Assembly: GCA_965223795.1 (NCBI GenBank)
Contig: CBDCXL010000002.1
Location: 1,632,001 to 1,696,000, forward strand
DNA: 64,000 bases
Reading direction: 5' to 3'
Source: Nitrospinales bacterium
GTDB taxonomy: Bacteria > Nitrospinota > Nitrospinia > Nitrospinales > VA-1
Position 1 is the first letter of the stretch; every line of letters begins with the position of its first letter. Both the position numbers and the translations under genes were made by a program. The notes below the pieces were generated by a model that made no database searches, was not told the DNA's origin, and was given only the letters and a program-made list of their open reading frames with translations. Of the stretch, positions 58,020 through 64,000 are shown piece after piece.

Positions 58020-58775
58020 TTGACGGATGCGAATTTGAAAGAACAACTGGAACCCAACCGCCTTCCGCGTCACATCGCCATCATCATGGACGGGAACGGC
58101 CGCTGGGCCAAGAACAATCGCAAGCCGCGTGTGGAAGGGCACCGCGAAGGCGTCAAGGCGGTCGACCGGATCGTCACGCTGTGCCGGAAACTGAATATCG
58201 AAGCCCTCACCCTGTACGCGTTTTCGGATGAGAACTGGAACCGGCCTTTGGTGGAGATCAGCGCGCTGATGAAGATCCTCGATTTCTACCTCAAAAAGGA
58301 ACTCGCCCGGATGCAGGAAGAAAACATCCGGTTCAACACCATCGGCCGCATCGAAGAGCTGCCTGTCGAAATTCAGAAGATCATCCGCAACGCCGAACAG
58401 GCCACCGAGCAGAACGATGGCATGACGCTGACCCTCGCGCTCAGTTACGGCGGCCGTCAGGAGATCCTCGCTGCGGTGAAAAAGATCGCCGGCAAGGTTC
58501 AGGCCGGTTTTCTGCAGACGGAGGACATCGATCCCCAGTTGTTTGAATCCTTTTTATCTACGCATCCCCTTCCGGATCCTGATCTTTTGATTCGAACCAG
58601 CGGGGAACTGAGAATCAGCAATTTTCTTCTGTACCAGATCGCGTACACGGAGCTGCATTATACTTCGGTGTTGTGGCCGGATTTTTCCGAAGACGATTTG
58701 CTGCACGCTCTCATCGATTACCAGAAACGGGAAAGAAGATTCGGGCGCACCCGGGAACAGATCGTCAAGGTGTGA
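58020..58775 (+). CDS. uppS: Undecaprenyl diphosphate synthase
   Basis: HIAIIMDGNGRWA, YAFS.ENWNRP, LSYGGRQEI, DLLIRTSGELRISNFLL. Confidence 0.97.
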   Translation: MTDANLKEQLEPNRLPRHIAIIMDGNGRWAKNNRKPRVEGHREGVKAVDRIVTLCRKLNIEALTLYAFSDENWNRPLVEISALMKILDFYLKKELARMQEENIRFNTIGRIEELPVEIQKIIRNAEQATEQNDGMTLTLALSYGGRQEILAAVKKIAGKVQAGFLQTEDIDPQLFESFLSTHPLPDPDLLIRTSGELRISNFLLYQIAYTELHYTSVLWPDFSEDDLLHALIDYQKRERRFGRTREQIVKV

Positions 58776-58928
58776 GCCTTCCACGCGTCCGCGTTCGACG
58801 CTGTTGTTTGCAATCGTTCCCGCCTCTCCGGGAACCGGGTCGAAGGGTTTTTTGATGGAGCCTTCCAGCCGCTTTTTATTTCTCTCCCCTGTGCGATTGC
58901 TTCTGCCTTCCCTGATGAGGATCGTCCT

Positions 58929-59717
58929 TTGACACGAGTGCTGACCGCAGCGGTGATCATACCCATCGTTTTGGGCATCGTGTTTTATGGTTCGCCGGAG
59001 TGGTTTCTGGCTCTTGTGATCCTCGCTGTGGGAGCCGGGATGTATGAATACTTTTCCCTGGTCGCCAAAATGGGCGTGGACGGATTCCCGGCTCTGGGCG
59101 GGGTCTTGGGCGCCCTTTTGCTTTTCTGCTTTTATTTTGGCGGGGTCTATTTTCTGGAATGGGGGGTTCTGGTTTTCGTTTCGCTGTTTCTCGCCTGGAT
59201 TCTGTTTGAAAAAAATGTCAAAGTTGCCATCGACCAGATTTCCTACACGCTGCTCGGAATCGGCTATGTGGCCGGGCTTTCAGGATACTTTTTGTTGATC
59301 CGGCAAATGGAAAATGGCCGGTTCTGGCTTCTTTTTTTATTTCTGATCATTTGGATGGGAGATGCGGGAGCTTATTATGGAGGCCGTAAATGGGGCCGCC
59401 GTCCTCTCGCCCCTTCGGTCAGCCCCAAAAAGACTTTGGAAGGGACTCTTTTCGGATTGTTGGGCTCTCTTTTGGGCGGGTTGTTTGCGCATTTTGTGTT
59501 TTTACAGTCATTTTCTTTATTCCATTGTTTGCTTGCCGCTGGTATTTGCGGTATGATCGGACAAATCGGAGATTTAGCCGAATCGTTGTTGAAGCGCAAT
59601 GCTGGAGTGAAAGATTCCAGTGGGCTGATTCCGGGACACGGAGGAGTTCTGGACCGCATCGACAGTTTGCTGTTTGCGGGTCCAGTGTTTTATATTTATC
59701 ACAAACTTTTTCTTTAG
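58929..59717 (+). CDS. cdsA: Phosphatidate cytidylyltransferase
   Basis: DAGAYYGG, SPKKTLEG, GDLAES.LKR..GVKDS..LIPGHGGVLDRIDS. Confidence 0.96.
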   Translation: MTRVLTAAVIIPIVLGIVFYGSPEWFLALVILAVGAGMYEYFSLVAKMGVDGFPALGGVLGALLLFCFYFGGVYFLEWGVLVFVSLFLAWILFEKNVKVAIDQISYTLLGIGYVAGLSGYFLLIRQMENGRFWLLFLFLIIWMGDAGAYYGGRKWGRRPLAPSVSPKKTLEGTLFGLLGSLLGGLFAHFVFLQSFSLFHCLLAAGICGMIGQIGDLAESLLKRNAGVKDSSGLIPGHGGVLDRIDSLLFAGPVFYIYHKLFL

Positions 59718-59812
59718 GAACCTCTCTTTCGTTCCCCTTTCGTGGTTTAACGCAGCGTGCCCTCCAGGTTGCGTCATTCAATTCAATTTAAAATTTGAAT
59801 CGAGCCTTCCTT

Positions 59813-60964
59813 ATGAAGAGAATTTCCCTTTTAGGGTCCACCGGGTCCATCGGTGTGAATACTCTTGACGTTGTTGCCCGTAGTCCGGAAAAATTTGAAA
59901 TCTGCGGTCTTTCCACAGGAAGCAATGTGGAGCTTCTGGCCCGGCAGGTGGAGCGGTTTCGTCCCAAGGTGGTTTCGATCTTTGATGCCGCCAAACTTCC
60001 CCAGCTCAAGCAAATGCTCTCCGGGCAGGATGTGGAGATTTTATCGGGAGAAGAAGGGTCGGTGAGGGTCGCCACGTATCCGGACGCGGATCTTGTGGTA
60101 TCCGGCATCGTCGGCAGCGCAGGGCTGGTGCCCACGCTCGCGGCGGTGGAAGCGGGCAAGAGCCTGGCGCTGGCGAACAAGGAAACTCTGGTCATCGCGG
60201 GCGAACTGGTGATCAACAAATTGAAGGACCGAGCAGCCCTGATTCCGATTGACAGTGAACACAGCGCGATTTTTCAGGCGCTCAACGGAGAAAAGAGGGA
60301 TCGGATCAAAAAAATCATTCTGACCGGATCGGGAGGTCCGTTTCGAACGTTTTCCAAGGAACAGATGGAGCATGTCACGGTCCAGCAGGCTCTCAATCAT
60401 CCCAACTGGTCGATGGGAAATAAAATCACGATCGATTCGGCGACCATGATGAACAAGGGGCTCGAATACATCGAGGCGAAATGGCTTTTCGGTCTTGATG
60501 TGGAGATCGAAATCATCGTCCATGCCCAGAGCATCATTCACTCGATGATCGAATTTGTGGACACTTCCATCATCGCGCAGATGGGGATCCCCGACATGCG
60601 GGTACCGATCGCCTACGCGCTGTCTTTCCCGGACCGGCTGGACACGCAGCTTCCCTCCCTCAATTTCTCAAAAACTTCTCACCTGACGTTTGAGGCGCCC
60701 GACTTTGAGAAGTTTCCCTGTCTCATGTTGGCGATCGAAGCCTTGAAAATCGGCAAGACCATGCCTGCCGTGTTGAACGCGGCAAATGAGATTGCCGTTC
60801 AGGCTTTTCTGGATGAGCTGATACCCTTCAAGGACATTCCGGAGATCATCCGTCTGGCGATGGAAAACCATGATTGTTTTCCTGTGACCTGCCTGGAGGA
60901 TGTGATCGAGGCCGACCGCTGGGCCCGTGACGAGGCGCGCAAGCTGGCGACCGTTCCTCATTAG
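59813..60964 (+). CDS. dxr: 1-deoxy-D-xylulose 5-phosphate reductoisomerase
   Basis: LGSTGSIG, LANKE, PIDSEH, HPNWSMG.KITIDSATMMNKGLE, LNAANE. Start set at ATG 59813. Confidence 0.97.
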   Translation: MKRISLLGSTGSIGVNTLDVVARSPEKFEICGLSTGSNVELLARQVERFRPKVVSIFDAAKLPQLKQMLSGQDVEILSGEEGSVRVATYPDADLVVSGIVGSAGLVPTLAAVEAGKSLALANKETLVIAGELVINKLKDRAALIPIDSEHSAIFQALNGEKRDRIKKIILTGSGGPFRTFSKEQMEHVTVQQALNHPNWSMGNKITIDSATMMNKGLEYIEAKWLFGLDVEIEIIVHAQSIIHSMIEFVDTSIIAQMGIPDMRVPIAYALSFPDRLDTQLPSLNFSKTSHLTFEAPDFEKFPCLMLAIEALKIGKTMPAVLNAANEIAVQAFLDELIPFKDIPEIIRLAMENHDCFPVTCLEDVIEADRWARDEARKLATVPH

Positions 60965-61015
60965 AGAGTGTCCGGTTTCAGGGCCTTCTTGTTTTTTCCA
61001 TTTTGATTGAGATCG

Positions 61016-61510
61016 ATGTACCGGATAGGCAACGGATTCGACGTTCATCGCCTGGTTGAGGGAAGAAAACTCATTCTGGGCGGCGTGACCATTCCGCACA
61101 CGATGGGTCTTTCGGGGCATTCGGATGCGGACGCCCTCATTCACGCCATCTGCGATGCGCTGCTGGGGGCCTGCGGGGCGGGGGACATCGGCACTCATTT
61201 CCCCAGCTCGGATGCCCGGTGGAAAGGCGTATCAAGCAGAGTGTTTCTTGAGGAGAGCGGAAGGGTCTGTTCCGAACGCGGCTACGACATCGCCAACATC
61301 GATTCGATCATCGTGGCGCAACAACCCAGGCTTTCGCCTTTCATCGAGCCGATGATGAAGAACATCGCCGAATCGCTGGGACTGGATCCCGACCGGGTTC
61401 ACGTCAAGGCCACCACCACCGATTCTCTCGGCTATGCCGGCCGTGAAGAAGGCATTGCCTGTTACGCGGTGGCGTTGCTCTTAAAGGCATCCCCCGCCGA
61501 TCCTTCCTGA
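61016..61510 (+). CDS. ispF: 2-C-methyl-D-erythritol 2,4-cyclodiphosphate synthase
   Basis: RIGNGFDVH, GHSDAD..IHA..DALLGA, GDIG.HFP, VKATT. Confidence 0.96.
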   Translation: MYRIGNGFDVHRLVEGRKLILGGVTIPHTMGLSGHSDADALIHAICDALLGACGAGDIGTHFPSSDARWKGVSSRVFLEESGRVCSERGYDIANIDSIIVAQQPRLSPFIEPMMKNIAESLGLDPDRVHVKATTTDSLGYAGREEGIACYAVALLLKASPADPS

Positions 61511-61599
61511 TCGATTTTCAGCCCTTGCCCAGGTGGGCGAAGCCTCCCGGCGCGCATGTGCCAATTTCTCCCATACACTTCCATGACTCCCAGACTCTA

Positions 61600-62781
61600 T
61601 CAGGTGGCGGCGGGTTGCTGCGGGATCACTTCGATCGGTTCGATCAATCCAAACACTTTGTGATAATTTCGAATGCGCTGCAATTGCACGGAGCTGATTT
61701 TCTTACCGGATGAAAGGAGCAACGTGCCCTCTTGCGATTTAAGGTTTGTGCTTAAAGTTTGTCCCACTTCCAGGTTCTCTATTTTTACCAGGATGCTGTT
61801 TTGAGGGGTGGCCTTTTCCTGCGTCACTTTTTCCAGCAGGCATTGTTGAACCTTTTGCAACACCTGAGGATCGTACCAGCCTTGTCTTTTTTCCAAAAGG
61901 TTCAAGGTCTCTTCTCTTTGCGTTCCCTTGCTTTCAATTTCGACGATGTCTGACAGGATTTTTAAGATTCGTGCACCGAGGGGAATTTTGTTTCCGCACA
62001 CGGAGTTGGCCGGAAACCCGGAACCATCGTAGTGTTTTTCCTGATATAAAACGATGTTGGATACAGTGTCGAGCCGGGGAATGTTGAACAGGAGGTGTCC
62101 CCCCACTTCCGGGACCAGAGTGAGGATCTCTTTTTCCTCGTCGGTCATGGAAGCTCCTTTCTGAGACTTCACCAGCACTTCCGGAGGGATGCCGAGGTAG
62201 CCGATCTGGGAAAGCAGGGCGGCGATCTCAAACTCCCAGGAGGAAGGGAGTTTGAGGAAATCCGCCAGCTCGCGGATCAGGTCTCTCAGTTTTATCGCTT
62301 TATCAAAAAGATCCGGATTGACCAATGACAGGACTTCGGTGAGCATATTGATGCTGCCCTTGAGCGTTTTGTCGAGCAGTTCCTGTTCCGCCACGACCAA
62401 CCGGTATTGTTCCAGCCCGACGCGGATCGCTTGTTCAAATTCTTCGGGAGAGCAGGGTTTAGTGAGAAAACGAAAAATGTTCCCTTCGTTGATCGCTTCC
62501 ATCGCCGTTTTCTGGTCGGCGTTGCCCGTGAGCATGATGCGAACGGTGTTCGGATCGCGGTCTTTCACGTTGGATAGAAAGTCCACGCCGTTCATTCCCG
62601 GCATTTGCATGTCGGATACGACCACAGCAAATGGGCCGCTGTTGGACAGGGCATCCAGGCCCAGCTCCCCGCCGGTTGCGGTCTCAAGATTGAATTTTTT
62701 TCTCAGGCTGCGCTTGTAACCGCTCAATACATTTTCATCGTCGTCGACCAGCAGTATTTTTTCTTCGATCGTGTTGTTCAT
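61600..62781 (-). CDS. Response regulator with a degenerate HD-GYP-like output domain
   Basis: ILLVDD, VVSDMQMPGM, FLTKP; output domain has LLSQIG and YQEKHYDGSGFP. Confidence 0.85.
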   Translation of the reverse strand: MNNTIEEKILLVDDDENVLSGYKRSLRKKFNLETATGGELGLDALSNSGPFAVVVSDMQMPGMNGVDFLSNVKDRDPNTVRIMLTGNADQKTAMEAINEGNIFRFLTKPCSPEEFEQAIRVGLEQYRLVVAEQELLDKTLKGSINMLTEVLSLVNPDLFDKAIKLRDLIRELADFLKLPSSWEFEIAALLSQIGYLGIPPEVLVKSQKGASMTDEEKEILTLVPEVGGHLLFNIPRLDTVSNIVLYQEKHYDGSGFPANSVCGNKIPLGARILKILSDIVEIESKGTQREETLNLLEKRQGWYDPQVLQKVQQCLLEKVTQEKATPQNSILVKIENLEVGQTLSTNLKSQEGTLLLSSGKKISSVQLQRIRNYHKVFGLIEPIEVIPQQPAAT

Positions 62782-62823
62782 GCCCGGTTTCCTTGTCTTC
62801 TATGTTTATATGTGATGAAAATT

Positions 62824-64000
62824 TTATGCGTCCTTTTCATTACAGATGTCTCTGAATTCCTGCAGACGATCCAAAAGACCGAGGGTTTCCAGGTAACTCT
62901 CGTCTACTCCGGGGCCGGGTGCGCCGTAAATTTCGGGATTGGCTTCATGAGCCAATGCGTTGGCAATGTGGACCAGGGTCAACGGAGTGATTTCCCGATT
63001 TTCGTACCGGGATGGAAACGGGTGATATCCAACGGCTTCCACAATAGGATCCGGAAGCCCCCAGAGTCCCAGTAAAAAAGCCCCTACCTGGCTGTGCGTG
63101 GTGTTGAACATTTCCAGTTCGGTATGCCACAATTGCACATCACGTTCTTTGGCGATCGCAATGGCTTTTCCATACAACTCCGGAAGCTTGCTGGCCAGGA
63201 TCAGGCAACCGATCTCATGAATCAGTCCGGCTGTGAAGGCGAAGTTTCTAATATTTTCGTCTGCATTCAAACTTTTGGCGATGTCGAGCGACCCCTTCGC
63301 CACGGCCAGGCTGTGGTCCCAGAGTCGATCCATGGAAAGGGAAGAAATATTTTTGGGATCAAAGCTGGAAAACACCTGGTAGGAGAGAACCAAAGGCTGG
63401 ATCACATCCAGTCCGAGGATTTGTGCTGCGTGCGCGGGAGTTGCGATCTGTTGCGAGAATCCGAAAAAAGCGGAATTCGCCAGCTGCAGGATCTTGGCGG
63501 ACATGCCGGCGTCTTTTGAGATGATCTCACCGATTTTATCGATGGAGCAATCTTCTGATTTCAATTCATCCATCAGTTCCTGGTACAGTTTGGGATAGCT
63601 TGGAAGTGAATCGATCTGCAACACCAAGCGATTGATCCGATCTCCATTCAGAAAATTCTGCAATGAACAAGCGCGATCGATCACCGCTTTGATCGTGTAA
63701 ATCTCACAGGGTTTGGACAAGAATTGATGCATGGATCCTGCCGAGCGCATGATGGCTTTGTCGTCCGCCTGACCGGACAGGATGATTCTTATGGTGTTGG
63801 GATGGTGCATGCGAACTTCATTCAGCAACTCAGCACCGTCCATGCCCGGCATGCGCATGTCGCTGACCACAATGTCGAAGGTGGCTGTTTCCAAAACCTT
63901 CAGGGCTTCCTTACCGCTGTTGACAAAGTACATGTCCCATTCTTTGCGCATGCTGCGCAGCGCCCGACGCAATCCATCCAGTATGGTGTTGTCGTCATCC
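62824..64000 (-). CDS. Response regulator with HDOD domain (5' end beyond the window)
   Basis: The frame stays open to the window edge (DDDNTILDGLRRAL); VVSDMRMPGMDG, LPSYP, KILQLANSAFFG, GLIHEIG, WGLP. Confidence 0.88.
   Translation of the reverse strand, partial: DDDNTILDGLRRALRSMRKEWDMYFVNSGKEALKVLETATFDIVVSDMRMPGMDGAELLNEVRMHHPNTIRIILSGQADDKAIMRSAGSMHQFLSKPCEIYTIKAVIDRACSLQNFLNGDRINRLVLQIDSLPSYPKLYQELMDELKSEDCSIDKIGEIISKDAGMSAKILQLANSAFFGFSQQIATPAHAAQILGLDVIQPLVLSYQVFSSFDPKNISSLSMDRLWDHSLAVAKGSLDIAKSLNADENIRNFAFTAGLIHEIGCLILASKLPELYGKAIAIAKERDVQLWHTELEMFNTTHSQVGAFLLGLWGLPDPIVEAVGYHPFPSRYENREITPLTLVHIANALAHEANPEIYGAPGPGVDESYLETLGLLDRLQEFRDICNEKDA

Noticed and set aside
59300..59830. AT-rich 3' half of cdsA as foreign DNA
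   Set aside because: The reading frame and motifs are intact and T-rich codons for transmembrane residues can explain much of it; not quantified.
1..64000. CRISPR array, rRNA, IS elements or prophage
   Set aside because: No regularly spaced repeats, rRNA-like sequence, transposase, integrase or phage structural genes were seen.

Overview
Bacterial chromosomal window of moderately high GC. Gene content and order suggest a Nitrospina-like or deltaproteobacteria-like diderm, but this is inference only. From left to right it holds: a tandem pair of uncharacterised secreted paralogs behind a sigma28-like promoter; a partial type IV pilus locus (TPR lipoprotein, rodZ-like, two pilT, Zn-ribbon/pseudo-receiver, cNMP-binding protein, pilC, pilS; no pilB/pilR/pilA); a sigma54-driven fliK-flgD-flgE operon with a Maf-like gene; a frameshifted endonuclease I homolog; two pentapeptide-repeat genes; a His/Arg/Gly-rich secreted protein; a five-gene glycan operon (GH-A::GT2 fusion, ABC exporter, GT-B-like protein, YdjC deacetylase, acyltransferase-3) behind a perfect CRP-consensus palindrome; lpxR; tRNA-Leu(CAA); three tandem TMTC-like GT-C/TPR genes; a GAF sigma54 activator; folD; xseA and xseB split by a secreted caspase-like/repeat/2xFGE gene; tlyA frameshifted in an A9 run; dcd; a degenerate HD-GYP gene; gpmA; recN; mlaC-like; rimO; pfkA; rpsB-tsf-pyrH-frr-uppS-cdsA-dxr-ispF; and two response regulators. 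No CRISPR array, rRNA, integrase or transposase was seen. The best candidates for an undescribed system are the secreted paralog pair (383-1708) and the glycan operon (21774-29536). All calls come from reading motifs by eye; no database searches were run.
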